Origin: Lingula anatina
Taxonomy: Eukaryota > Animalia > Brachiopoda
DNA: 64,000 nucleotides
Assembly (NCBI GenBank): GCA_051362555.1
Contig: JBPQGU010000016.1
Coordinates: 434,001-498,000, forward strand
Reading direction: 5' to 3'
Part shown: positions 25,801-36,789 of the stretch, in pieces
Numbering within the stretch: the stretch's first letter is position 1
Layout: every line of letters begins with the position of its first letter
Program-made: the position numbers and the translations under genes
The notes under the pieces: generated by a model
Databases searched by the model: none
What the model was told of the DNA's origin: nothing
Seen by the model: only the letters and a program-made list of their open reading frames with translations

Positions 25801-26867
25801 GGTTTAGATCCCTCCACCACTACTAATGGTAGGTCTACAGACTGGTCATTGTAACTCACTGTGACTGTTATTTCCCCCAATAAATTAAGAGGATTGCCGC
25901 AATAAGATGTGAGATGCAAATCTGATTGACGTAAAGGGTGATCTTTGAACTTTGATTCATACAAATCTTGACCAATCAACGTGACAGACGCACCAGTATC
26001 TAGCTCAAAGTCAATAGACTGTGAGCTAACCTGTAAAGCAATAATATACTTGCTACATTTATTTTCATTTACAGTACTGATAGGAGCATGATCAGGTTTT
26101 GTTTTGTTCTCTTTACTTCTGCATTTGATTTGGAAATGGTTCAACTTGTTACATTTTCTGCAGATTTTACCCTTGGCAGGACAAACTCCTTTGTGTGGGT
26201 ACTCTCCACCGCAGAACCAACACTCCCTGAAACCCTGTTTTGGCTGTGTTTTGGACTTGTTATGACTTGGCTTGTGTGGTTTAGGTGCTTGGGCTTGTGC
26301 TGATTTTTTCACGGCATAGACTGTGGTAGGACTGGTATCGCCCTCCATAATATGGGACCTTTGTTCAGACAGCTCTAAAGCTCTAGCATGTGTAAGCAAG
26401 TTATTCAGTGTGAGAGTCTGGTCACTAAGAGCTTTTCTTCTCAACTTATGGGATGTACATCCTTGTATAATTTGTGACTTAACCTCTCTGTCCAAATTTT
26501 CAAATCCACAGTTGGCTCCTATTTGCCTTAGTTTGATATGGTATGAATCAATGGTTTCACTAGGTTCTTGCTTACAGCTTCGAAATTTGTAAATTTCAAA
26601 CTCAGGATTATGATGAGGTCTTACGTACTGTCCAAAAGAAGCTACCGCATCTTCATATGAGTCCCCTCTGTCTGGCAGATTCTCAAAAATGTCTAAAAAT
26701 TCCTCACCAGCTAAATGTAAAAGCATGGCTCTCTTCTGTTGCGAGTTTTTGATGTTCAATGCAACCATGAGGTTTTCAAATCTTTCCTTCCATTTTCCCC
26801 ATCTTTTAAAGACGGTGTTCGGTTCCTGTCTGATGATGAAAGGTGGAAAAGTTGGTATATGCGTCAA
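22866..26867 (-). CDS. Gag-Pol polyprotein (single ORF, 1333 aa)
   Basis: Tandem zinc knuckles CWFCGGEYPHKGVCPAKGKICRKCNKLNHFQIKC, protease LDTGAS, RT (RLCGDYK, MPYG, SIDD), RNase H (CDAS, EALA, TDH), then integrase (HHCC, HIDF, SDNG, NGAAER). This is the Gypsy domain order. Confidence 0.95.
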   Translation of the reverse strand: MTHIPTFPPFIIRQEPNTVFKRWGKWKERFENLMVALNIKNSQQKRAMLLHLAGEEFLDIFENLPDRGDSYEDAVASFGQYVRPHHNPEFEIYKFRSCKQEPSETIDSYHIKLRQIGANCGFENLDREVKSQIIQGCTSHKLRRKALSDQTLTLNNLLTHARALELSEQRSHIMEGDTSPTTVYAVKKSAQAQAPKPHKPSHNKSKTQPKQGFRECWFCGGEYPHKGVCPAKGKICRKCNKLNHFQIKCRSKENKTKPDHAPISTVNENKCSKYIIALQVSSQSIDFELDTGASVTLIGQDLYESKFKDHPLRQSDLHLTSYCGNPLNLLGEITVTVSYNDQSVDLPLVVVEGSKPALLGQNWLEKIKLDWSNVFSVQSDPKLKSLLSQYKDVFAPSQGSIKSFEADVYIPEGTTPIFKKAYSVPYPLQDKVKSQLLEAVEKGHYTKVESSKWASPQVTVVKPSGDLRLCGDYKVTVNTVLDKDPYPLPTIQSVLAKHAKGKFRSKIDLREAFSQLKLSEKSKQYLTINTLIGLLRPERMPYGITTAPQQFQRVMDQVLDGIEEAACSIDDILITTDTVEEHYIALQRVLQRLRQYNIRARLSKCSFIQKRIDILGHTLDESGIHPSAKNIENIMNMPKPENVSELKSFLGMLNFYGKFIKNMSTQVSTLNRLLSKNVEWNWTKECDAAFNAAKSAISAESCLTPYDPKRPIVLACDASSVGIGAVISHIMEDGSERPIETASRTLSKAEKNYAQIEKEALAIIFGVKKFHMYLYGREFTLITDHLPLVKIFNSHTGIPSLAAARMQRWSLILSAYNYKIKYRKSADNASADCFSRLPNKNSEPSEDNEFVVHCVSFTEELPVKASDISKATMKDPVLSRVYDFTLNGWPSYVKDDSLMPYFRRRNELTVDQGCILWGLRVIIPPCYRDRLLRELHEEHHGIVRMKSLARGYLWWPGLDSGIESLVSGCDECQSNRALPAVAPLIPWSFPSRVWERVHIDFFEKDNRSYLILIDAYSKWIEVEEMQSTTASKTIDVLRSWFARAGLPEIIVSDNGPQFTSGEFRKFCEMNGINHKLIPPYHASTNGAAERSVQVIKQGLTKHMLENREGSRSLRLSQLMMLYRITPHSTTGVSPSELFMKRQIRSKFSLLKPSLSMSVETKQEKQCQYHDKRPKSRHFNLYDKVRVRNFRGGQEKWVSGCIVKVCGPQTYVVQIGRSKRFVHIDHIIGPTVSNEMPFSDEVNVTLPSRENVESDNQTKTEFEQPEPRFYSEPVQIEHESGDTMDNSDAKLPDKSEASSTFVSDDVEASPTVDKQPVRRYPQRERKAPERLTYT

Positions 26868-26880
26868 GTTTACGTCCCCG

Positions 26881-26909
26881 CGTGAGTTCGAATCTCATCC
26901 TTGTCGCCA
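26881..26909 (-). promoter_or_regulatory. Primer-binding site complementary to the 3' end of a tRNA-Ser(GCU)-like tRNA
   Basis: The + strand reads CGTGAGTTCGAATCTCATCCTTGTCGCCA, which is a T-arm, acceptor 3' strand and CCA, one base from the 5' LTR. Confidence 0.85.
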
Positions 26910-26910
26910 A

Positions 26911-27075
26911 TGTGATGTTCTTTAAGATGTTCTTAGATTCAAACCAACAAGACACCAAGTCTGATTTCCCAGCACCATACTTTATTCTTCAAGTCTCCAG
27001 TATTCTCCCGAGATCACAACACTCACAACACTGATATTCTCTAACACAATACTGAGCTACTGCACATTTACTACA
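26911..27075 (-). repeat. 5' LTR
   Basis: Same sequence as 22462-22626 and followed on the minus strand by the PBS. Confidence 0.95.
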
Positions 27076-30000
27076 CTCAAGTGTTGTGTTAGATGTTCCA
27101 ATTCCGTTTCACAAACGGGATGAAAAAAATTCATCGAACAAACAACTAACAAAATAACGGCAAGAACAGCAATTGTCCATTTGTTCATCGCCATCTTGTT
27201 TGTTTAACTTATCTGAGCTGTTCGTACCTTTTGGTTTATTCCTTCGATGAACTAAAATAGATTGGAACAAAAATACCATGAGATTAAATAAGGCATTGGC
27301 AGCGTGTATTTTAAACCTATGTTACACCCGTGCGGCCGTGTGAGGAAACTGAGGGCCTGTGTAACAGTTGGGAGTCACATGGTCGTGCAAAAAAGTCCCA
27401 TTTTTAGACATTTTTGGCCCATTTGACCTTGAAATAAAGGTCAAGGGTCAAATCCAAGGGCATATTTGATATCTCCACATGACTGTAGAAATTTTTCACG
27501 TGATTCCTTCAGTTTGGGAGATATTTACCATTGAATTTTCAAAAATTTTGACAAGGGTGCGTTTCAACGAGCGTCACGCTCAAGCCAATGCACTGACCGA
27601 GACAAAAAAGGGGGTTCAAGTTGAGATTATGAGTGACCTTAATCCAAGAGATAGGGACACAGGTCCTTGGGGTCTAGGAGGAGAAGCGGTAACGGTGACT
27701 TGTATTCGGCGCCAGAACGCGGAGCCGCAGGAGCCGGCGGAGCCGTAAGAGACGGGTCGGGACTAAAACCATGAGTCAGCCACACATTAGCCATAAGAGC
27801 CTATAATAACTTAAAACAGGATAAATTACGCGATAGTATGGGATTGGGTAATGAGTCACTCTTCCAAACCCATCCCAAACACCATCATTCACGAATATGA
27901 CAGTCTTAAACACAGTGCAGAGAACGATAGAATTTTGTCGCAATAAGGGTCCAAAGGGTAGGCACGCAGCAAAACTAACGTGTTCTTTAAAACAGATTAG
28001 GAGATATTATCGCAAATATAAAACGAATTTAAATAAATGAAATGCATTTGTTTCTAACATTCAGTGTACATCTTTTTTCTTCTTTTTTGTAGTATGTAAG
28101 AGTTTTTTAGAAGCTTAAAAACTTCAAAAATTGACTTCAAAAATTGGAGACCATAACAGAGTCAGCCAAGGGCAAGTTTCGGTGTCACATTTGATCACGT
28201 CATGATGGACAGATGAAGACGCTCGGAAACAGTTTCCAACCAAAGGACCGATTTTGACCTGAGGCCCAGGATAGAGCCGTAACAGACATTACCTGGTTAT
28301 GCGGTGGGAGACCTGCGTCTCCACTTCGCCTATTTTACCCCAGTGAGTAAACATACTCTCGTGCTTCATTTTAGGTTTTCAGATTTGGTAATGTAAACAT
28401 GTCAATACACATCAGGGCAAGACCTTACCTTTCATCTTGGACAGATTATAGCATGTAATATAGATTGGTATATGACATTTAAACAGTACACAGATATAAA
28501 ATAATAACGAGGCAGTTAATCCTATATGTAGATTATCTAAATGAAAGAAACAGCAGCAGCAACAACAACGAAATAACAGATATATAAATAAGTCAGACAG
28601 CCGAAAATGGTTGCCCTAACAATACACAGCAGTATACATGATTAAAATAGAATAAGCTGAGATAATGTACGGTACCTTAGCTAGGGTAGAAAGTCTGGAT
28701 GTGCTCGTAAATGGAGCTAGGGCATGTCTGTCTTCTATATGTACATGTACCATAATACATTGTAGATGGTTGATTACTTACGTCACGTAACGTAAGTATA
28801 TTGGTTGGCTGGGACCTCTTCCGTCACGGTTTTCTGCTAAAATATGCACATTTAAAGCCTCGGTCACAACCAGACGCATGAATCTTAGGGCCGTACGTCC
28901 CCTATGAATTTTAGGTCCAGAGGAGGCCATGGAGTTCATTGATGTAGACGAAAAGTTTCAATGGAAAGGCGCAAGTCTGCCTTGCGAGTCGCAGTGGCCA
29001 CGTGAGACGTCCTTTCAAGCAGGGACGCTAACTGCAAGGTGCGATGGCTGTGGATATTGTACTCATTTCTTGAGTTTGTTTTGCTACCAGCGTACGTGAG
29101 AATGCAAGGCACAAGGGAAAATAGTTCCCTTTGCGTCATGTTTGCTTCAGACTTTCCTTACAACTTGTTAAGACGGGCTGACGTCAGTTTTGTCGTCTTT
29201 TCTCCTCTTCTTTCTTCTTCCTACTCCCTACTTTCCTGCTCTCCAAGCTTCTTTCTCTTGCTTTTTGGATGCTTATTAGAAGCTGAATCGAGCAAAGTTT
29301 GAAACTTTGAAAAATCAACGTTCATTGTTGGGACAGGAGCGTGCGTCGCGAACACGTCGCAAGTGCGACTCATTGCCGGTGTGCTTTTGACTTTGTACGT
29401 TAAGCCTCTCTTACAACCCGTCGTGCGTGCTTAGAGATCGTGCGTCCTCGGAGTTCTTGTCAGACGTAGCGTAGTAGCAGGATGAAAATTAAATCGCAGC
29501 GGACGAAGTAGTAAGTACTTTATGAGTAGGTGTGTCGTGCTCTAAACGTGGGGCCTGCAAGTGGTCTGTACGCCTTTTTTGGAAGTAGAAAGAAGTTAGG
29601 GGCACGTACGATCTGTACTTGTGTCGCACACAGTGAGTGAGATAATCATACGTGTATTGCAAGTGAAGCGTACGTTTTCAGAAATCGTACTTACGAAGTG
29701 AGAGAAACGTAAGAGAAATGTAATGAGCACGGAAGTGGAACGCACGGATAATCAAAATAATATAAAAGGGAGCACCGAGTCTCTTCATCATTCACTGTTT
29801 TGGCTTCCAAAATGGCACTTCCAAGAAGGATGCGCCATCGACTTCTATAGCTGCTAATGCTAGAGGAGGCCGAAGATCGCTTGTAGTGGTTGCTCGGGAT
29901 CGCCTGCACTTTTATCGTGCTGGGCACGTGCGTCGTCTTAGTGTGAGAGGGGAAAGGGAGGACTGTAAGGGACGCGGTGGCGCCCCTTAGCATGTCCCAT

Positions 30001-30686
30001 GCCCCTAGGATGTCGCGGCTCCCCTTAGCATGTGCCACGCCCCTAGGATGTCGCGGCGCCCGCGCCTAGACTAGAAAGCCTTATTATAAGGTCGTATTTA
30101 AATGAGACATTAAGGTAGATATAAAGAGAACAGGTGGTGGGTAGAGATGGGAACTTAGGCAGTGGGAATAAAGCTGTTCGGAAATCCACGACTCTTGTTG
30201 CTCACTTCTTCTCGATCTGTGAACCTAAAACCGAACCTTACAGTGGTATCCACTCCAAATACTGACGCTGTCAATGACCCTAGTCACTTTAGAAGTGGCA
30301 CACGTTTCGCCATATGCCTTTTGCTGGATGTCTGTAAACTCTGTTTTGATTATTTAAGCGGTACAGGTAAAATCTGACCTCAAAAAGTAAAGCCACGCGG
30401 CTCCAGTGTTCTACCCTGAAACGGTCACGGTCCACAATTCATTAGAGAAACAGACGATGATGTTTTGCTGTTTACAGTGGGTTCTTCAGAGGTCGTCTGG
30501 TTTTTTTACCTGCTAAAACCAGTTTGGTGTTCGCTAAGGGCCTTAAAACCCGCGTTTTTTGTGGCAATTTACCCTTCATTCTGAACGGACTGGGTGGTTT
30601 TTGTTTAGTTGCAGCAGCATATCCAGAAGGACAGTGAGTCCTGTACCCTGGTGGTAAGATTTCGATACATTGGGCGTGGCCTCTGT

Positions 30687-30687
<1 letters not shown>

Positions 30688-30731
<44 letters not shown>

Positions 30732-31010
30732 TTTATTTCTTATATAGCGCATTCCATTTTTTACATTTCAATGCACTTTACAAATAATTAAAAAGGTCTA
30801 AAAATAACAATACTAAAATACTTTAACATTTACTGATAAAATTTATTAAAGAAAGCAGAGAAATTTTATTGATATAACTTTAAAATACTACTAAAATTAA
30901 CCCAAGCTCACTCTTAATAAATGATAAACAACTAAAAGGTTTAAAGGAACACTAACCATAAAATTCTTTAAAAAGATGAGTTTTAAGACAGGCTTTAAAA
31001 GTATTATAGT
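30688..31010 (-). mobile_element. 3' fragment of an L2/CR1-group LINE with (TAT)n tail
   Basis: The minus strand at about 31005-30970 encodes NTFKACLKTHLF, like the FK..LKTHLF end of L2/CR1 ORF2. An AT-rich UTR and the (ATA)n run at 30688-30730 follow. Confidence 0.6.
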
Positions 31011-32533
31011 AGGTACATGACTCTTAGCCTTAGTCTATAAAACTGTGCGGACCGATCCGTTTTTCGCAATAATCTGTCTGGCAATGCTTCTCTTTTTCAC
31101 GCCATTCTGCCACAGATTAACAATTTTATAAAACACTGCTTAGCTCATTTTATGCACTGCAATGCATATTCACTCACGCTCTCAAATTCCTCCTTAGACG
31201 CGGACGCAAACGCGGACGCGGCAGAATTCTTCCAAGGCTCTAAGAAGCGGTAACACATACTTAAGTTCATTTTACTGGTTCAGCATAATGATTTTTTTGT
31301 GCACCTTTATTTCTCTTTCTCTTCCTGGTATTTACTTTTTAATATCAACTCTTGTCTTAAGTGGGGTTTAAACTATTTTTGACAATATTTTTATTTACAG
31401 CTTTTTTTGTACGCGTAATACATTTTTACAACACCTTGATAAACCCGTTGCTAACTACATTATTACCGTTGTAATGAGATTCAGCATTAACCAGACAGAT
31501 GAAAACACACGCCTAATACAAATATAATTTGCATGGTTATGTACTCCTGAAAAAGGGATAAATCTAGATTAGCACTGCTCTCACCGATGTCTATCCTGTA
31601 GATTACGAGGAAAAGTGTGTGTGCGCGCGAGAGAGAGGGAGAGAGAAAAGGGCAATAGACGTGGATAAATCCTCATCACATATTACTACTGACCAGTGTG
31701 CAATAAACTTTGCACTGTAATTATCTTGATTTTCACGCAGAGTGGGAAATGCTGAAAGAAAATGATTATTCTAGGAAATCAAACAAACAAGCGATTGAAA
31801 AACAACATCAATCCGAATGCAATTTTTACTTGTTCTTACTCACCGTGAAAATCGCAGTTCAAGAAATTGAAGAATATATCGAGATGTGTCGTCCCCAGCT
31901 CCTTCAAAATTATAAAAAGGTGGGTGTGAAACATAGTTTAATATACCTAACAAAATGCGTGTCTTACGTCATTCGGCATCTGATCCAGTTCGCTAAAAAT
32001 GATGTAACTCAAGATATCTAAATGTTTCGGAAATTAAGCCAGCATAATAAATTGTGCCCACATGTTGACAAACATTAACATAAGTATGAAACAAAAGAGC
32101 AGACTTGTTTTAAAACATGAGACTAAAAGGAAAAAACTTATGTGGGTTGACAGAGATAAAGGCAGTACAGTAGAGCGTGTGCTTCTCCAAAATCAACCAT
32201 GGGCAGCTTGCGCAAATATGACGTCGAGTCACGTTTGGAAATTTGGAAGTTTTGCAACGCTCGCAAATTTCAAGAATTGTGCTTTATTTCATTCATAAAT
32301 GCCAATTGAAAAATTAACGCGCAACAGTTTGCCAGACGCCTAAAATTTTGCTAAAGGAAGTGCATGCGTGTGCCATGCCACGCTAACAAAAAGCCAAACT
32401 TTGTAACAGTTATACTTTTTTTATCAAAGACGTTTTAATCTTCTCTATCTCAAACATGATATGTCGAAAGAGACTTATAATGTAACATTTATTTCTTCGG
32501 CAACATTTGTTCGTTTTGACACTGTGTTGTGAT

Positions 32534-32736
32534 CAGGGGTGGGGTTTGGGGCCCTTAGGCGGGCCCCGAAAATTTTTTGGCATTTTAGAGGGCGAACGGT
32601 GTCATTTGGTACGGTTTAGAACTATGATTCAGCTAGTCAAAATTCTAATTTCAAGAGGGAAACAAAAATCGAAGGGGTGAGGGGGGGGGGGGGGGAGCAG
32701 GGTCCCCTGACGTTCCCCCCTCTAAACCCGCCACTG
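32534..32736. mobile_element. hAT-like MITE
   Basis: Termini CAGGGGTGGG / CCCGCCACTG with an 8-bp TSD gttgtgat/gttgagat (one mismatch). The empty site is in the paralogous block at about 38795-38930. Confidence 0.75.
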
Positions 32737-33366
32737 GTTGAGATAGACAAATGTCTACATGGCAAAATTACATGGGAGTCATCCTATAAAACGTAACATT
32801 GATAGAGGGCGCCAGAACCTGTAAAAGGTGTGGAAATTAGTTCATAAAAGCAATAGCTTACTTCTCTACAAATGTCAAACACTGCAAACAAGTTATTTTT
32901 TATTCCACCACAAAAGTAGCCATGTACTGGACACCAGAGGGTCACAGAAAAAGAGTCAGACCTAAGACCACATAGTCAAAGCAGAGTTAAAACAACTGGT
33001 AGAAAATTGGGGGACAATCAAACACCTGGTTAGAGACAGAGAACAGTGGAGGATTTATGTTGTTGCCCTTGACGCCCAACAGCGTAAGATCATATACATG
33101 TAGTAGTAGTATTCCTCCAGTATATCTCTACGCATCCAAGCGAATTATTGAGAAGTTTGTGCTGAAATACTACACAGCTTTTGCCACGCATAAATAACGC
33201 AGTATCACAGCACCTGTTCTACATAAAAATGCAGTTTTCTTTTCAAACACACCGCGTTCTCTAGATCTATTCACTTTGATAGTTACGCATAAATTGCGAG
33301 TCAACCTCAACTTTATGGGCTTAACCGAATAATATCTGAACATAGTTGCTTCTTGTACCATTACGT

Positions 33367-33451
33367 ATGCACGGACCAACAACATGCACGGACCAACAGC
33401 ATGCACGGACCAACAGCATGCACGGACCAACAACATGCACGGACCAACAGC
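33367..33451. repeat. 17-bp tandem repeat x5 (atgcacggaccaaca[a/g]c)
   Basis: Five consecutive units here, versus a single unit in the paralogous 3' regions at about 21071 and 40765. Confidence 0.9.
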
Positions 33452-34270
33452 AAGATTTTGTTTTCTGTCATCCATATTGTATCACGTGAAAACACAAAAA
33501 TGCAGTTCCAGTTGTAACATATATTCATGGTTGCTTTTTTTTTTATTGTGGCACGTCCTTTCTGACAAACACTAGGGCCTATATCTAGGTTCCTTAGAAT
33601 GGTACCTTCCCTGTAAAGTCCTGTATTTTTGAAGATCTCCCTGATTGCTTTCTCACGTTTTGGCGTATCAGGACTTCTGCCGTAAACCAAGAACTCTACA
33701 GTCCACACGTCTACGGTCACATGTTCCCATGGAAACGATTTAAGGATTTCTATTTCGGCACCCTCTACATCCAAACTAAAGTAGTCCACGTGATTTCGAC
33801 CGATGGCGGCCAGGAGAGAGTAAATGGGAAAACACTGTATGCGACTTTTTCCTTCTACCAAGTTTTGATAATCATTCGGAGTTACATATCTGTGTTTTTG
33901 TATCCCTCCGATCTCCTTTGCGAACGTAAAATCGACCATTGAAGGACTCGTTGCTAAGCACGTATTAACAGCGTAAATTTTCCTGGAACGAAGTTATAGC
34001 ATACTACCCAAGAAACGAGGAAATAAAGAAACATTATCTGCTACATATAATATATATTTATTAACAAATGAATACATTGGTACATAAATGTTGTGATGTT
34101 CTAATGCATATTTTAACTGATGTTGAATATAAAATTTAGACATTTATATTGACAGGAATATAAGGTCTGTTGGTACAATTAATTACTAGAACCAATAAAA
34201 AAACTTTGTGACATTCTATTCACTTATAGACTAGAAACAACTTTTATCCACCTGATGAAAAATTAATTAA

Positions 34271-34610
34271 AAGGATAATAACTCTTCGTATGAGGTCTAT
34301 ATTTCACAATAAAAACATTGTAAACAACTCACATAAATATTATATATTCTATTTTACCACAAAAACGGCAGTTATAGCTATTATTCTGATGTCTGAGCTT
34401 GTCATCGGACCACGTGACCTCCATAGATGGATAGGCATACTCTGTTATAAACTCTTCAGCGATTATTACAAAAAAACAAACTTTTTAGAAAAAATTCAGG
34501 GGCTAACTTTGAATGTAAGAATGGATTCATTAACCATTGGTAAGTATGGGAAAATTACTGTTTACTCCAGGAAAATTCATTTTTTGCCTAAACGAACAGT
34601 TATTATCCCT
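34271..34610. mobile_element. Kolobok-like MITE in the copy 4 intron
   Basis: TIRs AAGGATAATAACTCTTCGT / ACGAACAGTTATTATCCCT with TTAA on both sides. Absent from the paralogous introns. Confidence 0.7.
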
Positions 34611-34670
34611 TTAAGCACTGTAACAACTGGAAGCCAGAATATCCAACAAAGTAGGCCTACATGCACACTA

Positions 34671-36128
34671 CAATGTAAAAACAGTGTTTAGCATTTAAAT
34701 ACATACAACACACGTTAGGCACCTATACGCATTTAGAAATATGTGTAAAAGCTAAGCACGTATAGCTTTTCAAGCGTTTCACAGAAGTAAAAGCTAGACA
34801 CGTTGGCAGTGTTACACGATTAGCTATGTGTTTAACTTCACCGGCATATGGCTCTATAACAAGTCTATCACAAGCTAAGCACATTGGCTAAGCACTTCCC
34901 CTGCTAAGCGCGTGAGGCTGCTAAACATATGGAGCTGCTATAGGTGTGGAATTCCTAAACACGTGGAGCTGCTGAACAACACGTTTAGCTTTTCAAGCTT
35001 GTCACAGAAAAAAAAAATACTTCACAATCCCATGTATACGATCCCATAACAAGTTTATTACAAGACTCAACAATTTGGCTTAACACTTCCCCTTGTAAAC
35101 GTATGGAGCTGTTGGAGGCGTGGAACAGCCTGATCGAACGCGTTGTGTCCTTCCTTGCAGTAACGTGTGATTATTTAAAATAGACTTATTAAGTAATAAT
35201 CCAAGTAACAAGTTCACGACGTTATCAGCTGGTTACATGATGGTGATGGTAAAGAATAGTTATGGTAACGTTATGGGTGTTTTTAACTCCATCCAAAATG
35301 ATGCCCCTGCAGTTTTATAAGCGTTTTATAACATTCTGGAAAACATTATTTAATGTTTTGAAAACCTTTTTTATGAATAACCAAAACACGTCTTATGCTG
35401 TACAAAGATCTTATATATCCTTTTATTTGATCTTAGTGCTGTATGAACTACAGTTAGCGGTTTATTCCAAATTGGGCTTGGGTTAGTAGGCGACTAGAGC
35501 GGTGCGATTTGTTAAATATTCGGACTATAGTTACCAAAATAACCAGCATGCGATGAAAGCTTATATAAACCATTATAATGAATACCCCACCATCATCCTT
35601 ATGTTCTATTGTCCATTACTTCCGGAAAAAATAAATAGACATCCATACCGTAACGCATTTTATCAAAATATGACAAAAAATGTTTTAAAGTAAAAGTGAT
35701 AGCTGTTTCGTGTTTTTAGTAAACTAGTGAATTTTCCTAACTTGATTTGCAGAAATATATTCCAATAAACTTCCTCGAAAGGTCAGCCAACACAAGGATG
35801 AATAAGTCCCGCTGCAAAGGTGACGGCATTAAGTCAACGATGTTGACAGTTTACATATCCCTGTGATAGATAGAGATAACTAAAGCAGTTACAGGTGACC
35901 GTGACTTCGTGTGTGTGTGTGTGCGCGCGCGTGTGTGACTAAAACAGTTGAAACCCCTACCACCTAAAAGTTAAGCAAATGCACCCTACATTTAAAAGGC
36001 GTCAAACGCGTCAAAGCGTGTAACATGTTAAGGATCTTAACGTGCTTAGGAGCTAAACGCGTCGAAAAAATGAGACAAAACAGGCGCTTAGAAATGTGTT
36101 TAAGTGCTAAACACTGTTTTTTACAGTG
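34671..36128. mobile_element. Non-autonomous TIR element (CACTGTAAAA-type ends, TA flanks) in the copy 4 intron
   Basis: CAATGTAAAAACAGTGTTTAGCATTTAAATACAT / ATGTGTTTAAGTGCTAAACACTGTTTTTTACAGTG, with TA on each side. Absent from the paralogous introns. Confidence 0.75.
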
Positions 36129-36789
36129 TACACTACACTACACTACACTATAGAGTCGATGAATATCTCCTTACAGTTTGCAAAATACCCCTACCTGTTT
36201 TTGTTCAAAAGAACTTCAAAGGACCACGGGTTTGGCTCCACAATCAATCCTTCCCAGTCTCGAGAAATCTCGAAGAAGAGAGAATTGGAATGAGCCTCTC
36301 CATCATATGCTCCTGATTCCACGAAGAATCCGTTACGGCGTTGCTTCAAAATCTCGTCTACCAATTTTGATTGCCCCATTTGATCCCAGTATGTTGCCTT
36401 TGGGTTGGAAAGATTATAGTGCAGCTTGGAAGGAGGAAGAATCCATTTCCCTCTTAAGTGTTCTAAAAGGTCTTCACTGAGGGAGTCTATATTCCCGGTT
36501 CCAAGACGTTTAATAAATTCTGTGGTCAAACTGTTATTGTGTAGACGTTCTTTTATAAAATCACTCAAGTGTTTTGATAAGTAATCCCATTTTGTTTCAC
36601 GAACGGGATGAAAAATAATCATGAAAATACAAACAACTAGGATAATAACGGCAAGAACAGCAATTATCCATTTGTTCATCGCCATATCGCCATATCGCCA
36701 TATCACCTCTAGTTTTTGAGCTTGACAAAGAGTTCTAAATATTTTTATTGAAAATTACAATTTAAAACAAAATCATGGGGAAGAGTAAA

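Larger units (their letters stand above)
22462..27075 (-). mobile_element. Full-length Ty3/Gypsy LTR retrotransposon, Mag-like
   Basis: 165-bp TG...CA LTRs at 22462-22626 and 26911-27075, with no difference seen by eye. 5-bp TSD CTCAA (22457-22461, 27076-27080). PBS next to the 5' LTR and polypurine tract AAGAGGGAGAGA next to the 3' LTR. Confidence 0.97.
21189..27194 (-). pseudogene. Star-like FkbM copy 3, first coding exon interrupted by an LTR retrotransposon
   Basis: ATG at 27194 (MAMNKWTIAVLAVILLVVCSMNFFHPVCETELEHLTQHLS) is split at 27076/22461 by the element. The exon resumes to 22088, and the last exon is 21627-21189. Removing the element and one TSD copy restores an open frame. Confidence 0.9.
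33543..36685 (-). pseudogene. Star-like FkbM copy 4, frameshifted near the C-terminus
   Basis: Exon 36685-36195 (491 nt) is open, the intron is enlarged by two TIR elements, and the last exon starts at 33982. A 7-bp insertion at 33575-33581 removes the terminal VFVRKDVPQ and extends the frame to 33361. Confidence 0.8.

Noticed and set aside
26875-26909. tRNA gene
   Set aside because: Only the 3' third is present, with an encoded CCA next to an LTR. It is a PBS copy of a mature tRNA.
28853-30075. GC-richer segment beginning ttaaagcctcggtcaca, a possible DNA transposon
   Set aside because: I could not find the matching opposite TIR or a recognisable transposase remnant, so the boundaries are unsupported.
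33367-33451. Regular repeats here and at 10190-10367 as possible CRISPR arrays
   Set aside because: There are no unique spacers and no cas genes, and the context is eukaryotic. They are minisatellites.
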